DNA from: Deinococcaceae bacterium
GTDB taxonomy: Bacteria; Deinococcota; Deinococci; Deinococcales; Trueperaceae
Reading direction: 5' to 3'
DNA length: 57,468 nucleotides
Assembly (NCBI GenBank): GCA_040256005.1
Contig: JBDZWC010000004.1
Coordinates: forward strand, 8,393-65,860
This document shows, piece after piece, positions 19,166 through 28,860 of this stretch. Positions within the stretch are counted from its first letter, which is position 1, and every line of letters begins with the position of its first letter. The notes below the pieces were generated by a model, which saw nothing but the letters and a program-made list of their open reading frames with translations, had not been told where the DNA came from and searched no databases. Made by a program: the position numbers and the translations under genes.

Positions 19166-20644
19166 ATGACGCTGATCGGCTCGGACGACGACGTCGTCAT
19201 CGGCGTCGACGTGGGCACCAGCGGCGTCGGTGTGGTCGCGATGGACCGCGCTGGCCGCGTCGTCGCCTCCGCAGACGACCCGGTGCCGCTCGCGACGCCG
19301 AGGCCCGGCTGGACGGAGCAGGACCCTGCGGACTGGGTCGATGCCACCACGTCCGGGTTGACCACCGTGACCGCCCAGGTGGGCGCCGACCGCGTGATGG
19401 CCATAGGCCTCTCGGGTCAGATGCACGGCATGGTGGCCACCGACGCCTCGCGACGCGTGCTGCGCCCAGCGCTGCTCTGGAACGACCAACGAACGGCCGC
19501 GGAGGCCGCCGCGCTCGAAGCAGCCGTCGGCCGGCACCGCCTGATCTCGAGGACGGGCAACCCTGCGATCACGGGGTTCCAGCTTCCCAAGGTCATGTGG
19601 CTCAGGCGCCACGAGCCCGAGGTGTTCGCGCGTACCGCACGCATCGCGTTGCCAAAGGATCACGTCGCCACCGCGCTGACGGGCGAGGCGGCCGCCGAGC
19701 CCAGCGACGCGTCCGGCACGGGGGCGTACGAGCTGAGGTCCGGGACGTGGGACGCCGAGGTGCTGGCGGCGGTAGACCTCGACCCGGCTCTGTGGCCGCC
19801 CCTAATCAGCTCCCACGACGTCGTCGGTCCCCTCGGGGCAGCCATCGCCGAAGGCGTCGGCCTGCGCGCCGGGCTGCCCGTGGTGGCCGGCGCGGGCGAT
19901 AACGCCGCGGCCGCCACCGCACTCGGGCTGGGCGCCCGCCACCCGGAGGTGGGCAGCGTCAGCCTCGGCACCAGCGGCGTGCTCTTCGCCGCCCTGAACC
20001 GGCCAACGCCCGAGCCCGAAGGACGGGTTCATCTCTTCGCCCACGCGGACGGCGGCTTCCACCTGCTGGGGGTGACGCTCTCGGCGGCGGGCAGCCTGCG
20101 CTGGTACCGCGACGTCTTCGCCCCCGACGCCACCTATGACGAGCTCATGGCGACGGCGGCCGGGGCGCCACCTGGCGCCAACGGCGTGACGTTCAAGCCC
20201 TACCTCGCAGGAGAGCGCAGCCCGCACCTACGTGCCGACCTGCGCGGCTCGTTCCACGGGCTCTCGTTGGCTACCACCCGAGCCGACGTAGTGCGCGCGG
20301 TCATCGAAGGCGTCGCCTTCTCCCTACGCGAGGCGCACGACGCCATGGCCACGATCGCAGCGCCGTCGCGTTGGCTGGCGACGGGCGGGGGAGCCCGCTC
20401 AGATCTCTGGTTGAGCATCGTCGCCACCGTGCTGCGGGCCCCGGTCGGGCGGCCGGCAGGGCCGGACGGTGGCGAGACCAGCGCCGGAGCCGCCGAGGGA
20501 GCCGCCTGGCTGGCATGGCGGGCGCTGGGACATGATCCCGACAGGGAACCGCGCGCCGGCACCTGGCTGCAGCCGGACGAGGACGCGGTGCCGGCGCTGG
20601 AGGAGGCTTACCAGCGCTACCTCTCGTTGGGCCCGAACGACTGA
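19166..20644 (+). CDS. xylB: Xylulokinase (FGGY family)
   Basis: GVDVGTS, SGQMHG, LWNDQR, AGAGDNAA, SLGTSG and GERSP. Confidence 0.93.
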   Translation: MTLIGSDDDVVIGVDVGTSGVGVVAMDRAGRVVASADDPVPLATPRPGWTEQDPADWVDATTSGLTTVTAQVGADRVMAIGLSGQMHGMVATDASRRVLRPALLWNDQRTAAEAAALEAAVGRHRLISRTGNPAITGFQLPKVMWLRRHEPEVFARTARIALPKDHVATALTGEAAAEPSDASGTGAYELRSGTWDAEVLAAVDLDPALWPPLISSHDVVGPLGAAIAEGVGLRAGLPVVAGAGDNAAAATALGLGARHPEVGSVSLGTSGVLFAALNRPTPEPEGRVHLFAHADGGFHLLGVTLSAAGSLRWYRDVFAPDATYDELMATAAGAPPGANGVTFKPYLAGERSPHLRADLRGSFHGLSLATTRADVVRAVIEGVAFSLREAHDAMATIAAPSRWLATGGGARSDLWLSIVATVLRAPVGRPAGPDGGETSAGAAEGAAWLAWRALGHDPDREPRAGTWLQPDEDAVPALEEAYQRYLSLGPND

Positions 20645-20654
20645 GGTCGCCCGC

Positions 20655-21119
20655 TCACTCGCTCGCCAAGACGGAGAACACGAGGTGACCAGCGATGACG
20701 TGGGTGTCCTCCGACAGGACACGCCACATGACGACGTAGGAGCCTGGCGGCAGAGGCTGGCTCGCGAAGCGCAACTCGACCTGAGAGCGAGAGCCGGCGA
20801 CGGCCGTAGCCTCCACGGCCACCTCCTCGTCGCCTCCCGGCTCACCGTCTAGGTAGGGCCCTATGATCGCCGCAGCCAGCCCGTTGAGTCGCAGGCCGGC
20901 ATCGTCGGCCGTCACGTCGAAGTCGACGTCCAACCGCGCGACCCTGAACAGCGAGAAGTCGACCTCGACGCCCTCGCTGAACGTCAGCACGACCGACTCC
21001 GGCGGCGCGGAGAGGACCGCTCCCGCCGCAGGTGAGCTCTCTGCCAGGACCGCGTGCGCCCTGGCGCCGCCGACCAACACGGTCGCCAGCAGCAGGACGG
21101 CGTAGCGCAGCGTCCTCAC
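20655..21119 (-). CDS. copC: CopC-like copper-binding protein
   Basis: Signal peptide then AHAVLAESSPA, LTFSE and YVVMWRVLSEDTHV. Confidence 0.85.
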   Translation of the reverse strand: MRTLRYAVLLLATVLVGGARAHAVLAESSPAAGAVLSAPPESVVLTFSEGVEVDFSLFRVARLDVDFDVTADDAGLRLNGLAAAIIGPYLDGEPGGDEEVAVEATAVAGSRSQVELRFASQPLPPGSYVVMWRVLSEDTHVIAGHLVFSVLASE

Positions 21120-21574
21120 GGGATCGAGATGGCGGCCGGGTCCGCCACCACCGGGTCGCTGTGGGCCATGTCGACACCCGAGAACACCTCGTCGAACTCG
21201 GACGCACCGACGAAGCCGACGAGCCTCACGTCGTAGTTGCCTACCTGGGTAGGCCTGAAGTCCGCTAGGTACGAGCCGGGCGTGCCGTGCACCGTGCGGA
21301 GCGCGACCTCCAGGACCGTGCCTCCGGGCCCATGGATCTCGGCCCTGAGACTAGCTTCGAGGCCGACCAGTGGTTCGCCGGCGGCGTCGACGGCGGTGAG
21401 CTCCACCTGCTCGATCTCACCGACGTAGAGGGGCGCGCCTACGAAGCCGACCGTCAACCGGTAGGCGCCGTCGCCTGCGGTCTTGGTGACGTGGGCGAAG
21501 GCCGCCGTGCCGAGGAGGGCCAGCAGCAGGCTCGCGACGAGGGCGAAGGCCGCGCCTGAGGTCTTCGAGAACAT
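21116..21574 (-). CDS. Secreted hypothetical protein with His at the predicted mature N-terminus (copper-associated?)
   Basis: GGAGG RBS, signal peptide ending AFA-H, and GTGA coupling to copC. Confidence 0.75.
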   Translation of the reverse strand: MFSKTSGAAFALVASLLLALLGTAAFAHVTKTAGDGAYRLTVGFVGAPLYVGEIEQVELTAVDAAGEPLVGLEASLRAEIHGPGGTVLEVALRTVHGTPGSYLADFRPTQVGNYDVRLVGFVGASEFDEVFSGVDMAHSDPVVADPAAISIP

Positions 21575-21714
21575 GTGAGCCTCCGTCTGGGGTCCGGGGT
21601 TCTCCAGCGGCGAGATGCGCCGTCCCTGACCCATGGTCGGAGTCTACCGCCACCCGCGTGGAGCGCCGGTCCTCACCGACCGAGCGGGTTCAGGCAACCT
21701 TGATCCAGGCGCGA

Positions 21715-22890
21715 TCAGGCGACCAGCCGGAACAGCGCAGCCATGCCCTGCCCCCCGCCGACGCACATGGAGATGATCCCGTGCTCGGCGCCGCGGCGTC
21801 TCATCTCCGCGAAGAGGTCTGCGGCGATCCGCGCCCCCGTGGCGCCCAGCGGGTGGCCGATCGCGATGGCGCCGCCGTTCACGTTCAGCTTCTCGTCGGG
21901 GATGCCCAACTCGTTCTGACAGTAGTAGGCCTGGCTGGCGAACGCCTCGTTGATCTCGATCAGGTCGACGTCACCAAGCGTCATGCCGACCTTCTTCAGC
22001 AGCTTCCGGATCGCCGGCACCGGGCCGATGCCCATGACCTCGGGGGGGACGCCCACCACGGCGGCCTGCACCAGCCGGGCCAGGGGCGTGATCCCGCGCG
22101 CCACGGCGTCCTCTTCTGCCATCACGACGGTCATGGCCGCGCCGTCGTTGAGCGGGCTGGAGTTGCCGGCAGTAACGGTGGCGGCTTCGTCCGCGGCGAA
22201 CACGGTCTTGAGGGTCGCGAGCTTCTCCATCGAGGTGCCGGGCCTGGGGCCCTCGTCCTGGGTCACCGTGACCTCGTGCCACGCACCCTCCTCGTCCTTG
22301 ACGCGGGTCTGTACCGGCACGACCTGCCCGTCGAAGCGACCCGCCTCCCTGGCGGCCAGAGCCTTGCGGTGGGAGTCGAGGGCGAAGCGGTCCTGCTCCT
22401 CGCGCGTGATGCCGTAGCGGCGGGCGACCTCCTCGGCGGTCTGGCCCATCGTGTGGTAGGCACCGGGCTTCGTCCTCACGAGGGCACGGTTCACGGCCAG
22501 CTGGTGACCGCCCATGGGCACGCGGCTGGTGCAATCGGAGCCTCCGGCCAGGACCACGTCGTTCATGCCGTGCGCGACCGAGTGCAGCGCCTGGACCATC
22601 GTCTGCAGCCCCGAAGCGCAGAAACGGTTCACCGTGACGCCCGCGACCTCGTCCGGGAGGCCCGCGATCTGCACCGCGATACGCGCCATGTTGTAGCCCG
22701 CTTCGCCCTCGGGGTGAGCGTTGCCGAGGACCACGTCGTCCACCTCGTTGGGCTCGAGCCCCGGTGTCCGCTCCAACGCCGCCCGGATCACGTGGGCGGC
22801 GAGGTCGTCGGGCCTGGTGTCCTTGAGCATGCCCTTGTGGGCCCTGCCCACCGGGGTCCTGATGGCCGTCGTGACGACTGCTTCCCGCAT
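21715..22890 (-). CDS. Acetyl-CoA C-acyltransferase (thiolase)
   Basis: NRFCASGL, NEAFA, GHPLGATG and MCVGGGQG. Confidence 0.96.
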   Translation of the reverse strand: MREAVVTTAIRTPVGRAHKGMLKDTRPDDLAAHVIRAALERTPGLEPNEVDDVVLGNAHPEGEAGYNMARIAVQIAGLPDEVAGVTVNRFCASGLQTMVQALHSVAHGMNDVVLAGGSDCTSRVPMGGHQLAVNRALVRTKPGAYHTMGQTAEEVARRYGITREEQDRFALDSHRKALAAREAGRFDGQVVPVQTRVKDEEGAWHEVTVTQDEGPRPGTSMEKLATLKTVFAADEAATVTAGNSSPLNDGAAMTVVMAEEDAVARGITPLARLVQAAVVGVPPEVMGIGPVPAIRKLLKKVGMTLGDVDLIEINEAFASQAYYCQNELGIPDEKLNVNGGAIAIGHPLGATGARIAADLFAEMRRRGAEHGIISMCVGGGQGMAALFRLVA

Positions 22891-22959
22891 GATCCTCCCC
22901 AGCGCTCCTTCGCTCGTGGCGCGGACCCGTCCGCGTCCGCAGCGGTGCCGTGAGCGGGG

Positions 22960-23538
22960 TTACGCTCCCCTGTCGGTGCTCGACCAGGGCCTGATGAGTA
23001 TGGCTCCGTCCTTGAGCAGCGCGACCTCGGGGCCGCGGCCGTTCGCCTCGTCGTGTCCGGCGGCCTGGGCGACCGCCCCGCCGATCCTGAGCTGCGGGCT
23101 GAGGATCCTCTCGGCCCAGATGACCGCCTTCTCGTTGCCGCCTGCGCCGGCGTGAGCGAGGCCCCTCAGGGCGCCGATCACGATGATGTCGTCGTTGGCG
23201 AGCACCTCGGCGCCGGCGTTGACGTCACCCAGCACGACGACGGAGCCGTTCGACTCGATGCGGCCGCCGCTCCTGACCGTCCGCGCGATGATCACGGTCT
23301 CGCCCCGCGCCTGAAGCTTGCCGGTCGGTGGTCTGACGTCCGTGAACGTGCCACCCGCCTCACGCACGCGCCGCGCCACGGCCTCGATGACCTCGAAGGG
23401 CGTGCGGTCGGTCACCTCGAGGGCGACCTTCTCCTTGATCAGCTCGGCGTGGGCCGTGAGCGACTCCTCGATCTTGGCGACGTCGTCACCAGGCTCGAGG
23501 GTCAGCAGGATGCCGCCGCGAGTTCCCCTGGCTTTCAC
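22960..23538 (-). CDS. minC: Septum site-determining protein MinC
   Basis: TVRSG, VVLGDVNAGAEV and LRGLAHAGA. GTGA overlap with the mrdA stop. Confidence 0.9.
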   Translation of the reverse strand: MKARGTRGGILLTLEPGDDVAKIEESLTAHAELIKEKVALEVTDRTPFEVIEAVARRVREAGGTFTDVRPPTGKLQARGETVIIARTVRSGGRIESNGSVVVLGDVNAGAEVLANDDIIVIGALRGLAHAGAGGNEKAVIWAERILSPQLRIGGAVAQAAGHDEANGRGPEVALLKDGAILIRPWSSTDRGA

Positions 23539-25328
23539 TGGGTCGAAGCCACCTCCACGCCTCTCAGCTCCCAGTAGCCCTCGAGGAAGTCCCTGGCGAC
23601 CGGGACGGAGACACGTGAACTGGAGCCACCGTACTCGATGAATACCACGACGGCGATCTCGGGCTCTTCGACCGGGCTGAAGCCCATGAACCAGGCGTGC
23701 GTCCAGTCGCCGCCCCTGGACGTCTGGGCCGTTCCGGTCTTGCCGGCGACGGTCCACGGATAGACGCGAGGGCCCATCGTGTTGGCGGACGGGTAGTCGG
23801 TGAACATCAGCTCCATGCCGTCGATGACCGTCTCCCAGTGGGCGCTCTCGACGTGCGCCATCTCCGGCTCCATGACCTGCTGGCCGATCTGCCTGACCAG
23901 GTGAGGCTGCGGCATGTCGCCCCGGTTCGCGATGGTGCTCACGAACTGCGCCAGCTGCATGGGTGTGGCCATCACGTTGCCTTGGCCGATCACCGTGTTG
24001 AGGGTGTAGCCGGGCAGCCAGCCGATGCCCTCGTTCGCTCTGACCCACGCATCGTCGGGGATGCGACCGGCCTTCTCGCCCACCAGCCCCACGCCTGTCG
24101 CGCTGCCGAAGCCGAGTTGGCGCGCGCGCGAAACGACGTCCTCGATGAACGGCGCCCAACCGGTGGAGAAGCCGGGGGTGTCGTACGCGGCGTACCAGAA
24201 GTAGGTGTTGCAGCTGTCCGCGATGGCGTCGTAGACGTCGTACATGCCCTTGTCGAAGGTGGCCCAGTTCCGCCAGATGATGTCGCCGAACCGGAACCGC
24301 GCCGTGCACGGGTAGAGCGTCCTGGGTGTCGCCCAGCCGTTGTCGAGCAGCGCCAGCGAGGTGACGATCTTGAACGTCGACGCCGGTGGGTACGCCTCGA
24401 CCGCCCGGTTCGTCAGCGGCAGGTCCTCGTTCTGGAGGACCTGCGCCACGGCCTGCGGGTCCGACGGCCGGTGCGTGAAGACGTTCTGGTCGTAGGTGGG
24501 CGCGCTCGCCATGGCCAGGATCTCGCCGTTGCGCGGGTCGATCGCGATGATGGCGCCCTTGGCGACGTCCTGTGTGGGCAGGCCCACGCGGATACGGTCC
24601 GCGTTGACGTACTCCAGCGAGTGCTGCAGCACGTCCTCTGCCAACCGCTGCAGTCGCGGGTCGAGCGTGAGCAAGACGTCGTACCCCGGCTGTGCCGACC
24701 ACAGCACGTGTGAGGCGATCTCTGCCCCGCGGTTGTCGATCTCGACGCGACGCGAGCCCGCGTAGCCGAACAACGCCGCCTCGTAGGAGGCCTCGATGCC
24801 GGTGACGCCCACGAGGTCGTTGATGGAGTAGCCGGGGTTCTTGATCGGGTCGGCCTGCTGCGTGTAGCCGATCACCTGGGCCGCCAGGTTGGTCGGGTAG
24901 GTGCGCTCGATGCGCTCGCGCAGGTACAGGTTGGGGCTGCCCGCGACACGCTCCTCGATGGCCGGCACCAGCGCGTCAGGGATGTTCCACGCGACCACCG
25001 CGCCGTTGATGACCTCTTCCGCCTTGCTGCGGTCCGGCGGGCGCAGCTCCGCGTCCACTCCGAGGAGCGCGCGGATGCGGGGCCACTCCGGTGCATCACC
25101 GCCCCGGTAGAGGAGGTCGAAGGCTACCCGGTCGTCGGCCAGCACGGTGCCGTCACGGGCCAGGATGCGGCCCCTCAACGGCTCGATCCGCCGCTGCTCG
25201 TTCGCGTTCTGGATGCTGCGCAGCGCGTACTCCTCGCTCTTCACGAGCTGCAGGAACATCAGCCTGCCCGTGAACACCGCCAGCACCGTGAACAGGAACG
25301 CGAGGAGCAGGCGCATGCGACCGAGCAT
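23535..25328 (-). CDS. mrdA: Penicillin-binding protein 2 (class B transpeptidase)
   Basis: N-terminal TM, RGRILARDG, SxxK (STFK), SCN and KTGTAQ. Confidence 0.92.
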   Translation of the reverse strand: MLGRMRLLLAFLFTVLAVFTGRLMFLQLVKSEEYALRSIQNANEQRRIEPLRGRILARDGTVLADDRVAFDLLYRGGDAPEWPRIRALLGVDAELRPPDRSKAEEVINGAVVAWNIPDALVPAIEERVAGSPNLYLRERIERTYPTNLAAQVIGYTQQADPIKNPGYSINDLVGVTGIEASYEAALFGYAGSRRVEIDNRGAEIASHVLWSAQPGYDVLLTLDPRLQRLAEDVLQHSLEYVNADRIRVGLPTQDVAKGAIIAIDPRNGEILAMASAPTYDQNVFTHRPSDPQAVAQVLQNEDLPLTNRAVEAYPPASTFKIVTSLALLDNGWATPRTLYPCTARFRFGDIIWRNWATFDKGMYDVYDAIADSCNTYFWYAAYDTPGFSTGWAPFIEDVVSRARQLGFGSATGVGLVGEKAGRIPDDAWVRANEGIGWLPGYTLNTVIGQGNVMATPMQLAQFVSTIANRGDMPQPHLVRQIGQQVMEPEMAHVESAHWETVIDGMELMFTDYPSANTMGPRVYPWTVAGKTGTAQTSRGGDWTHAWFMGFSPVEEPEIAVVVFIEYGGSSSRVSVPVARDFLEGYWELRGVEVASTQ

Positions 25329-25819
25329 CACAGCAGCTCCTTCTGCAGAACCCGGCTGCGATCGAGGAGCGCTGCGCTCCACGGCAGGACCAGCAGGCCG
25401 GCGGCCACCGTGAGCGCGCCCTCCACGGCGACCACCGCACCGAGGCGATCGAGGCTGTACGGCACACCGACGAGCCAACCGAACAAGAGGGCCACGACGA
25501 GCCACTTGCCGACGACCGCTACGAACACGACGAGGAGGCGTTCGAGCGCCCCCGTGTTGGTCAGTTGCGCCCTCACGAACGTGGCGGTCAGCGCGGCGCC
25601 GGCCAGGCCCAACGCGTGCATGCCGAGGACGCCTTGGCCGATCAGGTCCTGCAGCATGCCGATAGCGTAGGCAACGATGACGAGCTGCCACGGCTGGATG
25701 CGCCACAACAGCGTGAGCGCGGCCAGGAGGAACAGGTCCGGGGCAGGGATGGGTGCGAACAGCGCCGAGAGGAAGCCCTGCGACACGAGCAGGACCAGGT
25801 AGAAGAGCACCAGGCGCAT
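25328..25819 (-). CDS. mreD: Rod shape-determining protein MreD
   Basis: Hydrophobic 163 aa with PDL and GMLQDL...LG. Immediately upstream of mrdA. Confidence 0.85.
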   Translation of the reverse strand: MRLVLFYLVLLVSQGFLSALFAPIPAPDLFLLAALTLLWRIQPWQLVIVAYAIGMLQDLIGQGVLGMHALGLAGAALTATFVRAQLTNTGALERLLVVFVAVVGKWLVVALLFGWLVGVPYSLDRLGAVVAVEGALTVAAGLLVLPWSAALLDRSRVLQKELL

Positions 25820-25927
25820 CGCGTCAGTGTAACCAGGGCGTCTCGCCCTCCAGGACCCGCCATCGCGGGCGTTCTCGCACGGCGGCCGGCCTCGAAGCGC
25901 CCGAGGTCCTGGACTATGCTGGCGCTC

Positions 25928-26845
25928 GTGTCAGAAGGACCACGACGCTTCGCGGATGGGCTCGACGGGTCGGCCCGGTTCACCGTCTCGCGCGCGCCCG
26001 CTGACGAGGCGGGCCGTAGGGCGCAGGCGCAGCGGGTCGTGGAGCACCTGGCGCGTTTCGAAGCCGAGAACAACCTGCCGGTGGGCGTGGCCTCGGCGCT
26101 GGCCGACGGCTCGCTGGGCAAGGACGACGCGGAGCTGCTCCTCGCGTTCGACGCCGGCGGCGAGTCCGCCGCCGCGGTGGTCATGACGCCGCCGTACCGG
26201 CTGCTGATCGCCTACGGCGACGACCCGGCCGCCCGCGAGGTGCTGTTGTCCGACATGCTCGCCCGCGGCGTCCACCCGCCCGGTGTGGTCGGTCCCGAGC
26301 CGACGACACGCGAGGTCGCCGCCTGGTGGGCAGAGCGGTTGGCGCTGAACGCCGAGCCCAAGATGCGGCAGGGCGTCTACCGCCTCAGCCGCGTGCGCGC
26401 GTCGGACAGGACGCCCGGCACCGTGAGGCCGGCGGTCGCCGCCGACGCCTCCCTGGTGGTGCTGTGGTTGGAGGCGTTCTTCTCGGAGGCTCACGTGGAC
26501 GTGGGCACGCCCGCCGACGTCTTCCGCACCTTCGTCACCAGCGACTACCGCCGTCTGTTCGTGTTCGAGGTGGGTGGGCAGCCCGTGAGCATCGCCGGTC
26601 TGGGTGCGCGCACGCCTCGCGGTCGGCGGATCGGGCCCGTCTACACGCCGCCCGAGCACAGGCGCAAGGGCTACGCCGAGAGCCTCGTCGCCCAGGTGAG
26701 CGCGAGCGCGCTTACAGCGGGCAACGACTTCTGCTTCCTCTTCACTGACCTGGACAACCCGACGTCGAACGCCGTGTACGAGCGCATCGGCTACGAGCGG
26801 ATCATCCAGTCGGCCGAGTACGACCTGGTTCCCCCGCCCACCTGA
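25928..26845 (+). CDS. GNAT family N-acetyltransferase
   Basis: IGPVYTPPEHRRKGYA and LFTDLDNPTSNAVYERIGY. Confidence 0.9.
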   Translation: MSEGPRRFADGLDGSARFTVSRAPADEAGRRAQAQRVVEHLARFEAENNLPVGVASALADGSLGKDDAELLLAFDAGGESAAAVVMTPPYRLLIAYGDDPAAREVLLSDMLARGVHPPGVVGPEPTTREVAAWWAERLALNAEPKMRQGVYRLSRVRASDRTPGTVRPAVAADASLVVLWLEAFFSEAHVDVGTPADVFRTFVTSDYRRLFVFEVGGQPVSIAGLGARTPRGRRIGPVYTPPEHRRKGYAESLVAQVSASALTAGNDFCFLFTDLDNPTSNAVYERIGYERIIQSAEYDLVPPPT

Positions 26846-26911
26846 GCGCCGGTGCCGGCTGGCCGCTGGCCCTGACGAGCGGTCCTACCCGCCCCTGGTA
26901 ACTTGGCTGCC

Positions 26912-27799
26912 ATGTCGATCCTCGTCATACACGGCGGTGCAGGCACGGTACCGGAGCGGTTCCTGGACGCGTACAGGGAAGGCTTGCGGGCGGCGGCCGA
27001 CGCCGGCTGCCGCGAGCTGACGTCGTCCGGAGACCCGGTCGAAGCCGTGCTGGCCGCCGTCAGCCACATGGAGGCCAACGAGCGCGCCTTCAACGCCGGT
27101 ATCGGCGGCGCCCCGACGCGCGAGGGCCGTGTCGAGCTCGACGCGTGCGTCATGGCGGGCGACGGCAGCGCCGGCGCCGTCGCAGCGGTGACGAACTCGC
27201 GCAACCCCGTGCGGTTGGCGGAGAAGGTGCGCACGGCCACGCCTCACGTCATCCTCGCCGGAGAGGGCGCGGAACGTCTCGAGGAGAACCCGGTGTCGAA
27301 CGAGTCACTCCTCACGGACCGCACGCGCGAGGAGTTGGAGAGGTGGCGCCAGCGCGGCAGCGACAGGCCCGGCCGCGGCACCGTAGGCGCGCTCGCGCTG
27401 TCAGACGACGGGCGCCTCGCCGCGGCCACCAGCACCGGCGGCATCCTGGCCCAGTACCCGGGTCGGCTCGGCGACACGCCAGTCCCCGGGGCGGGAACGT
27501 GGTGCGACCCGCGCCACGCCCTCTCGGGCACCGGCATCGGGGAGGCGTTCCTGCGCTCGGCGGGCAGCCGCACCGTCGCCCTGCGAATCGACCTCGGCGC
27601 GACGCCGGAGGAAGCGCTGGAAGCGGGCCTCGACGACCTGGTCAGGGCCAAGGGCGACGGCGGCTTCATCTACCTGAACGTCGACGGCAGGTTCGGTTTC
27701 GCGTACAACACGCCCATGTTGGCGGTGGCCTACCGTTCACCGGGGACTTCGTACGAGGACGTGGCGCAGGCGCCAGGCATCCACCTGTTCGGCGTCTAG
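26912..27799 (+). CDS. Isoaspartyl peptidase / L-asparaginase (Ntn hydrolase)
   Basis: IHGGAG, FNAG, ELDA, G-TVGA autocleavage site, ATSTGG and GRLGDTP. Confidence 0.92.
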   Translation: MSILVIHGGAGTVPERFLDAYREGLRAAADAGCRELTSSGDPVEAVLAAVSHMEANERAFNAGIGGAPTREGRVELDACVMAGDGSAGAVAAVTNSRNPVRLAEKVRTATPHVILAGEGAERLEENPVSNESLLTDRTREELERWRQRGSDRPGRGTVGALALSDDGRLAAATSTGGILAQYPGRLGDTPVPGAGTWCDPRHALSGTGIGEAFLRSAGSRTVALRIDLGATPEEALEAGLDDLVRAKGDGGFIYLNVDGRFGFAYNTPMLAVAYRSPGTSYEDVAQAPGIHLFGV

Positions 27800-28860
27800 G
27801 GCCGTTCCGGCGCTGTCGCTCGGCTCAGCACGAGCAGCGAGTCGCCGAACTCGTGCCCCAGGTAGCCGCGCTCTACCGCCTCCGCGTAGCAGCGCGCCAT
27901 CATCGCGGGACCCGCCACGGCCTCGACCAGGTCTCGGTGCGAGGCGCCGGCCTCGTGCCACCCGGTCAGCAGCCCGTCAATGGCCCTCACGCCGCGCTCG
28001 GGCCCGATCAGCAGGTCGGTCCTACCGGCGCCGGGATGGACCGCACCGGCGGAGTCGACCACGGTCTCCAACGCCCGTGCCGAGGTCGTCCCCACCGCGA
28101 CGACCCTGTTGCCGGCCGCGCGCGCCTGGTTCACGAGCCTCGCGGTCGCCTCCCCCACCGCGTAGCGCTCCTCGTCCGGCCTCTCGCCGGCCTCGAAGGA
28201 GGCCACGCCACAGTGCAGGACCACGGGGGCGAACACCACCCCGGCCGCGGCCAGACGCGTCATCAGTCGCGCCGTGAACGGGCGTCCGGCGCTGGGCATC
28301 TCGGCCGAGCCCGGCTCTCTGGCGTAGACGGTCTGGTACGCGCTCAAGGGCCTGGCCTTCGTCTCGTGGGCGTAGCGGATGGGCTGGCCGTGCCGGTGCA
28401 GGTAGTCGAGCACGTCGCCCATGCCGGCCAGCTCCACGAGCCAGAGCCGCGGTGAGCGGGAGTCCCTGGCGACGAAGTTGGCGCTCGCGCCGGCGGGCAA
28501 CTCGACCCGGCCGCCCTCGAAGTCACGCCAGGGGCGCGACCCGTGCCCAGCGGGGCGCCGCGCCTCGACGGTCCACACGGCGCCGGCCACGGGCGAGGAG
28601 AGGTGAAGACGAACGGGGCCCGAGGGGCCCAGACCCTGGACGGCAGCGGGCACGGTGGCCGAGACGTTGATCACGAGGACGTCGCCGGGACCGAGGACGT
28701 TCACGAGGTCCGGGAACGCCCCATGCGTGACGAGCCCGGTGCCGGCGTCGGCGACCATCAGCCTCACGGCCGTCCGTGGGCGGTAGCCGGCCGCGGCCTC
28801 GGAGAGCTGGGAGGCAGCCGGCTCGAGCAGCGGGACGCCGAGGCTCGACGGCACGCTCAC
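27796..28860 (-). CDS. QueA-like protein (SAM:tRNA ribosyltransferase-isomerase paralogue)
   Basis: YQTVYA, GSAEMPSAGRPFT, AVGTT, LLTGWHE and HEFGD. Differs from canonical AAPTAGLHF / TNFH / SYGD. Confidence 0.85.
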   Translation of the reverse strand: MSVPSSLGVPLLEPAASQLSEAAAGYRPRTAVRLMVADAGTGLVTHGAFPDLVNVLGPGDVLVINVSATVPAAVQGLGPSGPVRLHLSSPVAGAVWTVEARRPAGHGSRPWRDFEGGRVELPAGASANFVARDSRSPRLWLVELAGMGDVLDYLHRHGQPIRYAHETKARPLSAYQTVYAREPGSAEMPSAGRPFTARLMTRLAAAGVVFAPVVLHCGVASFEAGERPDEERYAVGEATARLVNQARAAGNRVVAVGTTSARALETVVDSAGAVHPGAGRTDLLIGPERGVRAIDGLLTGWHEAGASHRDLVEAVAGPAMMARCYAEAVERGYLGHEFGDSLLVLSRATAPERP

